IMG/VR virus record: IMGVR_UViG_3300033075_000403
Location: 1 to 64,000 of that record
DNA length: 64,000 bases
Strand: one strand, 5' to 3'
From: a virus
Taxonomy: Duplodnaviria; Caudoviricetes
The notes beneath the pieces were generated by a model that was not told the DNA's origin, made no database searches, and saw only the letters and a list, made by a program, of their open reading frames with translations. The translations under genes and the position numbers were made by a program. Shown here in pieces: positions 34,721-44,884 of the stretch (its first letter is position 1; each line of letters begins with the position of its first letter).

Positions 34721-35191
34721 GTGGAAATCCAGTCTCTTGTGTTCGATGAAACAGACCTCGCCCCTGTCGAACTCCCCGTCAAACTCGGCAAGGTCAACTA
34801 CGCCTTGCTCGAAGCCGACGAGGACACGGCAGGGAAGTTCCGCACCGCTGCCGCCAAGTCGATCAAGTTCGACGACGGCAAGATGTGTGGTCTTGGCGAT
34901 GTGGGGTCAACCCAGGCCCTTCTCGTCTCCCTGTGCCTCTACATGGCCGACGAAAACGGCAAGGTGCCACGTCGAGACGACGGTACTCCCGACTACTCCA
35001 AACGAGTACCGGAGTCCGTGGTCAAGAAGTGGAAGGCTTCCGTGGTGAAGTCCATCTTCGAGACGGCGAAGAACATTTCTGACCTGTCCGAAGGGGAGGA
35101 CACCGAGGAAACGCTGACCAGGCAGATCGACGACCTCCAGAAGCGTCTGACTCGTCTCCAGTCGAAAAAAAACGGCAACAACGCTGGTTAG
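34721..35191 (+). CDS. Tail assembly chaperone (gpG-like)
   Basis: Between tail tube and tape measure; slippery site near the 3' end. Confidence 0.75.
   Translation: MEIQSLVFDETDLAPVELPVKLGKVNYALLEADEDTAGKFRTAAAKSIKFDDGKMCGLGDVGSTQALLVSLCLYMADENGKVPRRDDGTPDYSKRVPESVVKKWKASVVKSIFETAKNISDLSEGEDTEETLTRQIDDLQKRLTRLQSKKNGNNAG
35167..35173 (+). other. -1 programmed frameshift heptamer A AAA AAC
   Basis: In-frame X XXY YYZ; the -1 frame is open to 35538. Confidence 0.85.
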
Positions 35192-35538
35192 CCAAGTTCA
35201 ACCTGGCGAGTCGTCTCGGTAAGCACCTGCATGAGGTCATGGGGTGGCCTGGTCCGATGACGGCGCGCCAGTTTGACGCCTGGATGGAGTGGGAGATGGA
35301 GGACATCAACATCCCCTCCCGCACCGATCACTACCTCATGCGTATCGCGATGGAAGTCCGAGGGGGGAACGTCAAGCCCGGAACCTCGATCAACCCCAGG
35401 GACTTCTTTGTCAAGTTCGACCGTCCAGATCGCCCCGTGGTGAAAACTGAAGAACAGAAGCGTCTGGAAGTCGAGCAGGACAAGGCAATCGCTCTCGCAA
35501 GAGTGTCACGAGTCGGTAAACGCCCCACGAAGGAGTAG
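35170..35538 (+). CDS. Tail assembly chaperone frameshift extension (gpT-like)
   Basis: KRQQRWLAKFNLASRLGK...MTARQFDAWMEWE. Confidence 0.75.
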   Translation, partial: KRQQRWLAKFNLASRLGKHLHEVMGWPGPMTARQFDAWMEWEMEDINIPSRTDHYLMRIAMEVRGGNVKPGTSINPRDFFVKFDRPDRPVVKTEEQKRLEVEQDKAIALARVSRVGKRPTKE

Positions 35539-35540
35539 TC

Positions 35541-38276
35541 GTGAACGAGCAGGAGGTAGCCAGACTGATCGTGAGGGTCATGGGTGACGCCACCCAGTAC
35601 CACCGCATGCTCAATCAGGCTACTTCCGCCACGCAGCGATTCACCTCCATGCTGGGGTTCTCGTTCAACAACATCAGCCTGGCCGGACTCACCATTCGGT
35701 TCTCGTCGATGTTCGAGCAGTTGCAAACGTCCTTCGGCACGATGCTGGGGTCGGATGGTCTTGGCCGTCGCATGATCTCTGAACTCAGGCAACTCGCCGC
35801 CGAAACCCCCCTCACCATGACCGGGGTGGCACAGGGCGCGCGCGAGCTTCTCCAGTACGGTGTGTACGCTGGCGATGTTGTAGACGTGCTCCGTCGGATC
35901 GGTGACATCTCCGGTCAGACCGAGGAGCAGATGCACCGCATGACTCGTGCCTATGGGCAGGTCATGTCGATGGGCGCTCTCCACGGTCAGGAACGCCGGC
36001 AGATGATTAACGCCGGATTCGACCCCATCGCGGAAATCTCACGCACCACGGGGCGTAGTACAGGTGACTTGCTCAGTTCCATGCGTCAAGGTGGAATCTC
36101 CGCACAGATGGTCGTGGAAGCGTTCCATACCGCCACGACTGCGGGAGGCCGATTCAACGACGCCATGCTTCGTCAAAACCGCACCCTGTACGGGTTGTGG
36201 TCCAACCTTCGTGACGATGCCATTCGTACTCTCGCACGCCTCGGCGATGATCTCGTGGAGATGCTCAATCTCAAGCAGATCGTCCGTGGCGTGACGGACA
36301 TGGTGAACAAGTTCCGTCAGTGGTACGAGGCTCTGTCCCCCACGGTACGTCGCGCCATCGTTCAGGTGATCGGACTCACGGGCGCGTTCATCGGGCTTGC
36401 AACCTCGATGGGCATTCTCCGCATGACGCTTCTTGCCACCACCTACGGGTTTGGTGTGCTTGAGAACTTCATCTCGTTTTTGCTGTCCCCGCTGGTGATG
36501 CTGGGGTGGCAGATTCGGTATACCGTGGTGGGTGCGTTCACCTTGCTCCGCATCGCCTTTAACGAAATCATTGCGGTTGCACCGACCGTAGGACGAGCGT
36601 TGTTCTTTGTCGGCGAGGTAGCTTTTCAAGCATTCAATTTGGCGTCGATGGCTATTGCCGGTTTTGGTGTCACACTTGCACAATTACCAGTAACCGTTGG
36701 TACAGCGATAGCAAGAATATCAAGTTACATCTGGTCGTTACTACCGAGTTTGAATGGTTTAATGATCTTCCTCGGTCAAACAATGCCAATTGCTTTTGGG
36801 GCAATGCTTAACTTCCTGTCCAGCAATACATTCACAATGATCGGGCAAAAACTACTTCCGATCCTTGACGCACTCGCTCTCAGATTCCGTAATTTTCTTC
36901 TCAATTTTAGTTGGGGAGATATAATTTATAACATCGGATCAGGTATTTCATACGTCGTAACAGGAATCGGCTCATTAACGATGGGGTTTATTCGTCTCGC
37001 AGCAACAGGTGTAGCAGCACTGTTTCAAGGGATCACCTCCGCTGTGTGGGGACTCGGCAGGGCGATCAGCAGCGTCTTCGTCCTCAGCGCTCGTGGCTTC
37101 ATCGGCATGTTCACCATGCTCGGCCCCACGTTCTGGGTGATCCTCGGCGTGATGACAGCCATCGCCGTGTTGGTGAGTGACGACCTCAACCCGTCCACAT
37201 GGAGCATGACCGCCGCATGGAACGCGGTAAAGCAGGCAGCGGTTGACCTGTTCAACTTCCTGTTCCCGGTGTGGAACGCCTTCCAGGGGGCGGTGCGTGG
37301 CTTCGCGGTACTGGCGGTAACCGTGTGGAATGAGGCAGGCGAAGGACTTGCTACATTGCTTGGATATGGGAGTTCAGGCATCTTTCGTATGGGTCTTACT
37401 TGGCGAGACGTGTTTCTCGGAATCCGTGAATGGATTTTCACTGCGTTTATTTACCTTGAGTTCCACACTCGTAGGTCTAGGCTGTATTTCCAAAGAATGC
37501 AACTTGGTCTTGCGATGTCGATGGTAACGATGTGGGATTCTATGCGATGGTTCGGTCGCAACATGGCTATCTTTTTCACATGGCTAGGGGCTAACTGGAG
37601 AGGTGCTCTTGTTGACATGGGAAATATGTTCGTAACATTTTTCCAGAATGCACTGCGTAATGCTGGCAATTTTGCCGGCATGATCTGGGATGCCATGTTT
37701 GGCGATGAGGAAGTTGATTGGGCGGCTGGTTGGAGAAATATGCTGGAGGGTTTTGAAAGAGTCACACCGGCTATCCAATGGGAAGGGTTCAATCTCGCAA
37801 ACATCGCTTCTCCTATAATGCTTGACCTGCAACGACAGTTTAACGCACTAGAACGCCAGTTGGGTGAAACATGGGAGCAGTTCCGTGACCGCAGGCTCCG
37901 TGAAATCGAGATGGCGAATCCTCTCCGTCTCGCCGACCCCGAAACCTTTGAACCTTACGGTCAGCGTGTTGGGGAGAACATCGCACAGGGCATCGGGAAG
38001 GGACTCAAAGACTGGGACCACGTTCTGTTCCGCAGCGCTGAAGCCAACCGCCGCATCGAGGCGTACCGCAACCGTCTCATGGGTCTGGAAACGGACCCCC
38101 ATGTGCGAGGTGGTGCCCACGGTATGCGTGCGGGGAACCCCAACATGCCCAACGCTCGCGATGTGAACGCCTTCCGTGGGAACGACATCGTGGCACAGCT
38201 GCAACGGGTCAATAACAACCTCGAAGGCAACCCGCAAATTCAGATCAACCAGGCCAACTTGCCGGTGAACGTCTAG
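35541..38276 (+). CDS. Tape measure protein
   Basis: 911 aa; tape-measure N-domain (SFGTMLGS...LAAETP...ARELLQYG); hydrophobic helical middle. Confidence 0.9.
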   Translation: MNEQEVARLIVRVMGDATQYHRMLNQATSATQRFTSMLGFSFNNISLAGLTIRFSSMFEQLQTSFGTMLGSDGLGRRMISELRQLAAETPLTMTGVAQGARELLQYGVYAGDVVDVLRRIGDISGQTEEQMHRMTRAYGQVMSMGALHGQERRQMINAGFDPIAEISRTTGRSTGDLLSSMRQGGISAQMVVEAFHTATTAGGRFNDAMLRQNRTLYGLWSNLRDDAIRTLARLGDDLVEMLNLKQIVRGVTDMVNKFRQWYEALSPTVRRAIVQVIGLTGAFIGLATSMGILRMTLLATTYGFGVLENFISFLLSPLVMLGWQIRYTVVGAFTLLRIAFNEIIAVAPTVGRALFFVGEVAFQAFNLASMAIAGFGVTLAQLPVTVGTAIARISSYIWSLLPSLNGLMIFLGQTMPIAFGAMLNFLSSNTFTMIGQKLLPILDALALRFRNFLLNFSWGDIIYNIGSGISYVVTGIGSLTMGFIRLAATGVAALFQGITSAVWGLGRAISSVFVLSARGFIGMFTMLGPTFWVILGVMTAIAVLVSDDLNPSTWSMTAAWNAVKQAAVDLFNFLFPVWNAFQGAVRGFAVLAVTVWNEAGEGLATLLGYGSSGIFRMGLTWRDVFLGIREWIFTAFIYLEFHTRRSRLYFQRMQLGLAMSMVTMWDSMRWFGRNMAIFFTWLGANWRGALVDMGNMFVTFFQNALRNAGNFAGMIWDAMFGDEEVDWAAGWRNMLEGFERVTPAIQWEGFNLANIASPIMLDLQRQFNALERQLGETWEQFRDRRLREIEMANPLRLADPETFEPYGQRVGENIAQGIGKGLKDWDHVLFRSAEANRRIEAYRNRLMGLETDPHVRGGAHGMRAGNPNMPNARDVNAFRGNDIVAQLQRVNNNLEGNPQIQINQANLPVNV

Positions 38277-38284
38277 GTGGTGTA

Positions 38285-39802
38285 ATGACGATTCGTAACC
38301 TTGGACCCATGCCTGCCGAACTGGAACGTGACCATGAGGGTCATCGTACCTACTCGGTCAAGTACAAGGTGTCGTCGGACAACTTCGACGACGGCCCGGC
38401 CAACGTCATCCAGTTCATGGACTCCGAAATCCCGGTGGGGTCGTACTGGAACATCGGCACCGACGTGGACATCTGGGCCTTCCGTCTGTTCACGTCCAAG
38501 GTCATGTCTCGTGGTTCCGATGTTGGTGAGAAAACGAAGCACTGGATGGTGGAGTACACCTTCTCCACGAAGAACCCCAACCGCTGCAACGACACCAAGG
38601 TCGAGAACCCCCTGCTGGAACCACCCCGCATCAGTGGTTCCTACACGACAGATCGAGAGGAGTTCACCGAGGATCGCTTCGGTAAGAAACTCGTCAACAG
38701 TGCATGGGAAGCCCTGAAAGGTCCGACCGTTGAATTCGACCGCTCCAACATCACCATCAAGATCGAACAGAACGTAGCGTCACCGTATCTGGCTTACGAG
38801 TTGCCGTACCAGATGATGGATACCGTCAACAAGTATCCGATCTGGGGGTTTGAACCACGACACGTCAAGTTGTCAGCGGCACCCTTTGAGAAGAAATACT
38901 TTGGGACGTGCTTCCCCTACTACTCACGCACCCTTGAATTCAAGATGCGAGCCGATGGGTTCGACCGTGACATCCTTGATGAAGGGACCAAGGTTCTCCA
39001 CGGACACTGGGGTGGTACGTTTCGTCGGCTCGGCACCATCACCGCTGGGTCAACCGCTGTCACAGGGATGGTAAGCACTCAGAACTTGGCAAACGCTCAG
39101 GTGTCCGGCACAGGTATCGCTTCTGGAACCACGGTTCGTGAAGTGACAGGGGCGACCACCTTGACACTCTCTGCGGTGGCAACGGCAAGCGGGACCGTGT
39201 TTCTGACGTTTACCAGCTCGCAATGGATCTTGGATCAGATCGACGGGCAACTGCCTGACGCTGGTAATCCCAACCACTTCGACCAGTTTCTTGATCGTCA
39301 AGGAAACCCCGGTGTGGTAGTTCTCAACGGATTCGGTATCCCTGCCGACGTGGTACAGGGGAATCGTGGGGTTACATGGTACATGGTGATCGACACCGTG
39401 TTTGGCAGACCTGCCACCGATACCGCGTTCTTCGTCGAGTTGCGAGGTACTCCACCGGGGTCGGACCCCGACTTCACCAGTCCCCCCTTGTGGGATGGAA
39501 AGGTGGCATGGGAGAGGGGATCGTTGGTAAACTACCTCGGTCAGACCTACCTCGCCATCCGTGACGTGTCACGACCGCCACCACTGGAAATCAACCCCAA
39601 CCCGACATTCGATGACACGCGATGGCTCTCGGTCAACCCGAACAACATGGGTCAGCTGGTCAACGATCCCCTCGTGATCTACAGTCCTGGAGACTACGGA
39701 TACACGGACTCCTTTGAAACCAAGACATCGGCTGGGAGTGTGCATGTGGAGGCATACCAGGAAAGCGACTTCCTCGAACTCGGCATCCCGGTCACGCTTT
39801 AG
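38285..39802 (+). CDS. Distal tail / hub protein with beta insert and CBM5/12-like module
   Basis: Follows the TMP; WDGKVAWERGSLVNYLGQTYLA...W resembles chitin-binding modules. Confidence 0.6.
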   Translation: MTIRNLGPMPAELERDHEGHRTYSVKYKVSSDNFDDGPANVIQFMDSEIPVGSYWNIGTDVDIWAFRLFTSKVMSRGSDVGEKTKHWMVEYTFSTKNPNRCNDTKVENPLLEPPRISGSYTTDREEFTEDRFGKKLVNSAWEALKGPTVEFDRSNITIKIEQNVASPYLAYELPYQMMDTVNKYPIWGFEPRHVKLSAAPFEKKYFGTCFPYYSRTLEFKMRADGFDRDILDEGTKVLHGHWGGTFRRLGTITAGSTAVTGMVSTQNLANAQVSGTGIASGTTVREVTGATTLTLSAVATASGTVFLTFTSSQWILDQIDGQLPDAGNPNHFDQFLDRQGNPGVVVLNGFGIPADVVQGNRGVTWYMVIDTVFGRPATDTAFFVELRGTPPGSDPDFTSPPLWDGKVAWERGSLVNYLGQTYLAIRDVSRPPPLEINPNPTFDDTRWLSVNPNNMGQLVNDPLVIYSPGDYGYTDSFETKTSAGSVHVEAYQESDFLELGIPVTL

Positions 39803-39811
39803 GAATACGTC

Positions 39812-40228
39812 ATGGCGAATGAAATCACAATCAGCGTCAATGCTCAGGTGAGGAACGGCAACCTCATTGACCAGACCACCTCGAACTACCGTGCTGACCA
39901 GAACGGACTCGGTGGTCCCACGCCTGGCGCACTCCTCATCAGCACGGCGGGAGAGGATGTCACGCTCACCGATCTGACCACCCCCGGCCTGTGTGTGGTG
40001 CAGAACATCGACGAAACCAACTACGTCGAGATGGGGGTCCATGACGGTACACTGTTCCATCCGTTCATCGAGATCCAACCGGGAGAAACCTACGTCTTCC
40101 GGTTCAGCCGCAACCTCGGTGAAGAAGACGATGTGGCGGGTACGGGAACCACGGGCACGGTCAACACCATCTTCGCACGCGCCAACACCGCACCCGCATG
40201 GATTTTGGTCAAGGCTTACGAGGCATAA
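39812..40228 (+). CDS. Virion structural protein (beta-rich)
   Basis: Position in the tail module. Confidence 0.6.
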   Translation: MANEITISVNAQVRNGNLIDQTTSNYRADQNGLGGPTPGALLISTAGEDVTLTDLTTPGLCVVQNIDETNYVEMGVHDGTLFHPFIEIQPGETYVFRFSRNLGEEDDVAGTGTTGTVNTIFARANTAPAWILVKAYEA

Positions 40229-40726
40229 ATGGACGACACGGAAGACACTCTGATCGAGGAATGCCCCTCCTGCACGCCACCCGTGCTTGTGGCAGGCGCT
40301 CCCATCGCTCGCACCACGGTGGTGTGTTCGTTCTACCATCAGGCAGCGGGATCACAGCCCAGGCTGTTCGACGCAACGTGGTGTTCCCCCGCATGGGAGG
40401 ATGAGGAACCCTTCCAGCGTACCCTCAAGGCCACGGCAGCGTGGAAGGTACTGGCGGCGGGATGCTGGATCGAGAACGCCGGCATCGTCATCATCCGTAA
40501 CGACGAGAAACCATCTGCTCACAGTGCTCGCAATCCGACCACGGAAGACCGCGAAGCCGATGCAGGGAAGACCCTCGAAATCAGTCCTGACGGTCGTACC
40601 GATGGGGGGGTGTGGATCATCCCTCCGGGGGAACACATGAGCGGTCGTTTCCCCGTGGTGGGGAATCTTCGAGTTCGTTGTCGAAGTGGTGAAGTCAAGT
40701 ACACGGTTCTGGTTCATCCAGCGTAG
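40229..40726 (+). CDS. Virion structural protein (beta-rich)
   Basis: Position; IIRND...IPPGE resembles VVQNID...IQPGE of the previous gene. Confidence 0.55.
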   Translation: MDDTEDTLIEECPSCTPPVLVAGAPIARTTVVCSFYHQAAGSQPRLFDATWCSPAWEDEEPFQRTLKATAAWKVLAAGCWIENAGIVIIRNDEKPSAHSARNPTTEDREADAGKTLEISPDGRTDGGVWIIPPGEHMSGRFPVVGNLRVRCRSGEVKYTVLVHPA

Positions 40727-40734
40727 GAGCGTTC

Positions 40735-41799
40735 GTGGCGCGACAGCAGGTATACACCCTGAGCGAGAATGACATCAAGGCGTTGCGCGACCTCATGCGC
40801 AAGGTCAAGGACATCGGTACGACCACGAAGAATCGTCCCCACGTTCCTCCCGCAATCCCCAACGCCACGGATTGCTACATCGCTCTGGTTCCCGCAGGTG
40901 GGATTGGGGGTATGGCCCTCTCCCCCTACTACACCACGCTGGAGTTCCCACAAGGCAACCTACCCTCCTTCAACACCTGCGACATCTACCACCTTGAGGA
41001 CGGCGATCTTGGTAAGGAGTTGATGCCCGCTGGTTTCACCGAAAACGTCTACAACCTGTCCGTGAACCCCATCGCCGGTGGGACATGGGTGCAGGTCACC
41101 AAGGACAAGTTCGGGACGTGGTGGGCGGAAACCGCAGTGGGAGGAAACCCCTCCGAGGGCGACTACACCGGCACTGGGACCGGCACCGGGTCGGATCACC
41201 AGACCTCGTGTGATCCCATCGAACTCATCGAGACGGAAATCTGGTGCGTGGACAACCTCGGCACCACTGGCACCGGACCCAAACAAGGCGATCTTCAGCT
41301 GTTCGAGAGGACGATCACTCTCGACATCATGAACGGATGCCTCACGAAATCCACAGGGGCGTGGAGGTACGTTCGCACGGTTGGGTGCTGCGATCCGTCC
41401 TGCATCTCGGATGGAAACCAGACCGGAACGGGTACGGGAACTGGAACCAACGACGGCGGAACCCCTGTCCCAACCCCTCAGCCCTGCACGGGGTTCCCAA
41501 CGGTGTCCTCTGCTACGTTCACCAACAAGACGGGGGATTGCACCTGTCTCCCCGATAATCCAAGCATCAGCGGTGGCACGTCGTCTCCTGTGGTTCTTAC
41601 CACAATGACATGCCCCGGCAACGTCACATTGACGCTCGATTGTACAGGCGGTTTCATCGCGTTGACCACAGGTACGGGTGGTATCGTCATCACTCTGGTA
41701 TCCGCTTCTTCCACGCTGCTCGTCTACGACATCACCGGCTACGGGGCCAACTGCGGTACGGACGGCGGCGCACGGCTTACTCTGATCGGGACATTCTAA
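40735..41799 (+). CDS. Cys/Gly/Thr-rich tail-associated protein
   Basis: GTGTGTG tracts; many Cys in the C-terminal half. Confidence 0.6.
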   Translation: MARQQVYTLSENDIKALRDLMRKVKDIGTTTKNRPHVPPAIPNATDCYIALVPAGGIGGMALSPYYTTLEFPQGNLPSFNTCDIYHLEDGDLGKELMPAGFTENVYNLSVNPIAGGTWVQVTKDKFGTWWAETAVGGNPSEGDYTGTGTGTGSDHQTSCDPIELIETEIWCVDNLGTTGTGPKQGDLQLFERTITLDIMNGCLTKSTGAWRYVRTVGCCDPSCISDGNQTGTGTGTGTNDGGTPVPTPQPCTGFPTVSSATFTNKTGDCTCLPDNPSISGGTSSPVVLTTMTCPGNVTLTLDCTGGFIALTTGTGGIVITLVSASSTLLVYDITGYGANCGTDGGARLTLIGTF

Positions 41800-42797
41800 T
41801 GGGGTACTACTGTCACCGGGTTCCTTCTCCGAAGGATTGTCCTATCTGTGCAAGATGTGAAACCGACGAGGAGTTCCGTCGTCAGGTACAGTCCATCCCA
41901 CTCCCCCTGTGGCAACGACCAGGCGGTGTTCCCAAGCAAAAGCTATCCATCAACGAACTGGCGGTGAAACGGAAACGGTGTGGTGAGGCGAAACGTGCTG
42001 GATTACCCTGTAACGAGTTCCAGACCTCCTCAGGCGATGTTACCCCTATGAAGCGTCTCCAATGGGCTTACGGTGTCACCACGGTGCCTTCTCGAAGGAA
42101 CAACCTGCTTCCACGCACCTTGCGATCCCTGTCCGACGCCGGATTCGACCGTCCGAGGTTGTTTGTGGACGGGGGAAGTACGGAGGGGTGGTGTCACTTC
42201 GGACTGGACGTGACGATTCGTGGGGGTGATCCCGCTCGAACTCACGGCAACTGGCACCTGACTTTGCTCGAACTGTTCATTCGACAGCCCAACGCGGATC
42301 GGTATGCGGTGTTTCAGGATGACTTCGTGACAGTCAAAGGATTGCGTACCTACATCGAATCATCCCCCTGGCCTGGGAAGGGGTATTTGAACCTCTACAC
42401 GTTCCCCTCGAATCAGGCTGTTGCTCCCCTCGATTCGGGGGGGCGTGTAGGGAGGTGGTACGAAGCACGGTTGCTCAATAGCGGTTCTGGTGAGCATCGT
42501 CTACAAACAGGACGTGGTGCGGTGGCACTGGTGTTTAATCAGGAATCCGCACTTGCTATACTAGGGTCAACCGAATTTCTATCAAGACCTCTGGACCCCA
42601 ACCGTGGGCATCGTGCTGTTGATGGTGGTGTCGTCACCGCTCTCAACAAGTTAGGGTTCCGAGAATACGTCCACGACATATCGTTGGTCCAGCATACAGG
42701 GGATGTGAGCAGCATGGGTAGTAAACCCCATCCCAAGGCAAAATCGTTTCCTGGTGAAACGTGGGACGCGATGGAGTTGTTGAAGGAAACGGCTTGA
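41799..42797 (+). CDS. GT-A glycosyltransferase (GT2/GT25-like) with Cys-rich N-terminus
   Basis: VTTVPSR; YAVFQDDF (DxD-like); SLVQHTG. Confidence 0.75.
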   Translation: MGYYCHRVPSPKDCPICARCETDEEFRRQVQSIPLPLWQRPGGVPKQKLSINELAVKRKRCGEAKRAGLPCNEFQTSSGDVTPMKRLQWAYGVTTVPSRRNNLLPRTLRSLSDAGFDRPRLFVDGGSTEGWCHFGLDVTIRGGDPARTHGNWHLTLLELFIRQPNADRYAVFQDDFVTVKGLRTYIESSPWPGKGYLNLYTFPSNQAVAPLDSGGRVGRWYEARLLNSGSGEHRLQTGRGAVALVFNQESALAILGSTEFLSRPLDPNRGHRAVDGGVVTALNKLGFREYVHDISLVQHTGDVSSMGSKPHPKAKSFPGETWDAMELLKETA

Positions 42798-42835
42798 TGC
42801 TAAACTTTTGCAAATTTTCGAGGGGACGGTGATAT

Positions 42836-43243
42836 ATGGCGATGCGACTTTCCACAGCAGCCCGCAATGCCGCTTGCGACGCAATTGTGGACTTGATCGA
42901 CGGCGGCACACCACCTGGGACGTGTGCGATTCGCACCGGGACACAGCCGACCAACGTAGGTGACGCCGACACGGGAACGCTGCTCGGCACGCTCACGTTC
43001 TCAACAACCGCTTTCGGCGCTGCCGCAACCGGAGTCGCGACAGCCGCATCAATCACCAGCGACAGCAGCGCTGACAACAGCGGCACCGTTGGTCATGCGC
43101 GAATCAAAAACGCTGCCGGGTCGATTCTATTCGATTGCACCTGCGCCCAAGGATCGGGTGACATCAATTTCGACAACGGTACTATCGTTGCCGGTGGCGT
43201 GATTGCAATTTCCTCCATGACTGTTACCGTACCGATTAGCTAA
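42836..43243 (+). CDS. Conserved phage structural protein
   Basis: ARNAACDAI...I.TGTQP...LLGTL...AFGAA...GHARI pattern. Confidence 0.7.
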   Translation: MAMRLSTAARNAACDAIVDLIDGGTPPGTCAIRTGTQPTNVGDADTGTLLGTLTFSTTAFGAAATGVATAASITSDSSADNSGTVGHARIKNAAGSILFDCTCAQGSGDINFDNGTIVAGGVIAISSMTVTVPIS

Positions 43244-43253
43244 GGAACAAACC

Positions 43254-43649
43254 ATGCAAGCACGAATTGGTGGCACGTTTGCCCCGTCGCTGGACGCTGA
43301 CAAACTGGTCGTGTATAAGACGCTGGCAGCAGCAGCGTCGCCGAAGATCGCGGAGGCGATGGGCAAGCTAATCTCCATGATCGAGGAATTCCGCAAAACG
43401 CCGGACTCGGCGAATCCTGGCAAGCCGCATCCTTCGGGGCGTGGTGTTATCGTACCGTTGGAAAATGCCGAGATTGTCCGCATGGATGCGCACGTTCCCT
43501 GGGACGATGAGTTGAATTTGTGGGCGACGTGGTTTGAAGGTATCAGTCCGACCGACGCAAAACCGCTTCGTGACGCGGCTTTTCATTTGCTTTGGTTTGG
43601 CCGGGAACTGTTTCTTGATCGCGAGCCGATGACGACCGACAAGCTGTAG
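43254..43649 (+). CDS. Hypothetical protein
   Basis: AAGGA SD; co-oriented. Confidence 0.65.
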   Translation: MQARIGGTFAPSLDADKLVVYKTLAAAASPKIAEAMGKLISMIEEFRKTPDSANPGKPHPSGRGVIVPLENAEIVRMDAHVPWDDELNLWATWFEGISPTDAKPLRDAAFHLLWFGRELFLDREPMTTDKL

Positions 43650-43658
43650 GAGCAAGCG

Positions 43659-44279
43659 ATGCCGACCCAAGCCGAACGTGCCGAATGGGTGTCCGCTCCT
43701 GTCGTCCTCACCGACTCCGAATTGTTGATCGGTAGCCGGCAGGTCATGCAGTCGTGGGAACGCCCCATCATGGAAAGGATGGCGGCGGCGGTTGCATGCG
43801 GCGACATGCTGGAGGTCGGTTTCGGCATGGGCATCTCGGCGAACGCCATCATGCGGCACGGCTGCAAAAGCTACACAGTCATCGAGGCACACCCCGCAAT
43901 TGCAGCGAACGCAAGATGCTGGGGCGAACGCCAATCGGTGCCGGTCACAGTGGTCGAGGGGTTCTGGCAGGACATCGCCCCGCTCGTTGCGGATCGGTTC
44001 GACGGCATCCTCTACGACACGTTCCCGGTCGGCGACGATTACACGGACCACGGCCCGGCATTCGTGGCGATGGCCCGGCTGCTTCGTCCCGGTGGGCGGT
44101 TCACCTACTACACCGGCCAGCCCGAATCGGTGCTTGTCAACGACCTGAAAACACTACTGAATGAGTTTGATTCGGTCGAGATTTCCCGCACCAAAAATCT
44201 GACCCCGCACAACGGTTGCGACTACTTCCACGGCCAGCAAATGGTAGTCGTCGTCGCCACGAAAGGAACGGCATCATGA
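43659..44279 (+). CDS. Class I SAM methyltransferase, guanidinoacetate-N-MTase/RMT2-like
   Basis: VMQSWERPIM; MLEVGFGMGISA; VIEAHP; FDGILYDTFP. Confidence 0.8.
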   Translation: MPTQAERAEWVSAPVVLTDSELLIGSRQVMQSWERPIMERMAAAVACGDMLEVGFGMGISANAIMRHGCKSYTVIEAHPAIAANARCWGERQSVPVTVVEGFWQDIAPLVADRFDGILYDTFPVGDDYTDHGPAFVAMARLLRPGGRFTYYTGQPESVLVNDLKTLLNEFDSVEISRTKNLTPHNGCDYFHGQQMVVVVATKGTAS

Positions 44280-44863
44280 GCGTTTTTGAATCGACCACGC
44301 CCGGTTCGGACTCGTGGACTGCCCCCGCAGCCGGGACCATCACGGTCGAGGCGTGGGGCGGTGGTGGTGGCGGCGGGCCAACCTACGGCGACGGCGGCGC
44401 AGGAGGCGGGGCATACAGCCGCGTCGAAGGCGTGGTGGTCGCTGCGTCCGAGGTCGTCGCGTACACCGTCGGCGCTGGCGGTGCGCCGGGTGTTGATGGT
44501 GAAGCGTCTTCAGTTGGTGGCGTCTGCATCGCTCCTGGTGGAATCGCTTCCACGGGCAAGCCGGGCGGCGCTGGTGGCTCCGGCGCAACGGGTGACGTGA
44601 CCTTCAGCGGCGGGGCAGGCGAGACGGCAATCCCTTCTGGACGTGGCTGGAAAGAAGGTTGCGGCGGCTCGTCTGCCGGGATCGAGGGCAACGGCACCTC
44701 GCCGGTCAACACGGGCTGCGGTGGCCTCGCCCCGGAAGGCGGCGGCGACGGAGGCGGCGGGGCTGCCACGGGCTTCTGGGCGGAAGCCAAGATTCCAGGT
44801 GGAGGGGCGCACGCTCGCAAGACCGGAGCAGCGGGGAAAATCCGAATCACTTTCACGGTTTAA
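44276..44863 (+). CDS. Glycine-rich tail fibre-like domain protein
   Basis: WTAPAAGTITVEAWGGGGGGG...GGAYS...GKIRITF. Confidence 0.75.
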   Translation: MSVFESTTPGSDSWTAPAAGTITVEAWGGGGGGGPTYGDGGAGGGAYSRVEGVVVAASEVVAYTVGAGGAPGVDGEASSVGGVCIAPGGIASTGKPGGAGGSGATGDVTFSGGAGETAIPSGRGWKEGCGGSSAGIEGNGTSPVNTGCGGLAPEGGGDGGGGAATGFWAEAKIPGGGAHARKTGAAGKIRITFTV

Positions 44864-44884
44864 CAAGCAAAGGCAGGGCAGACG

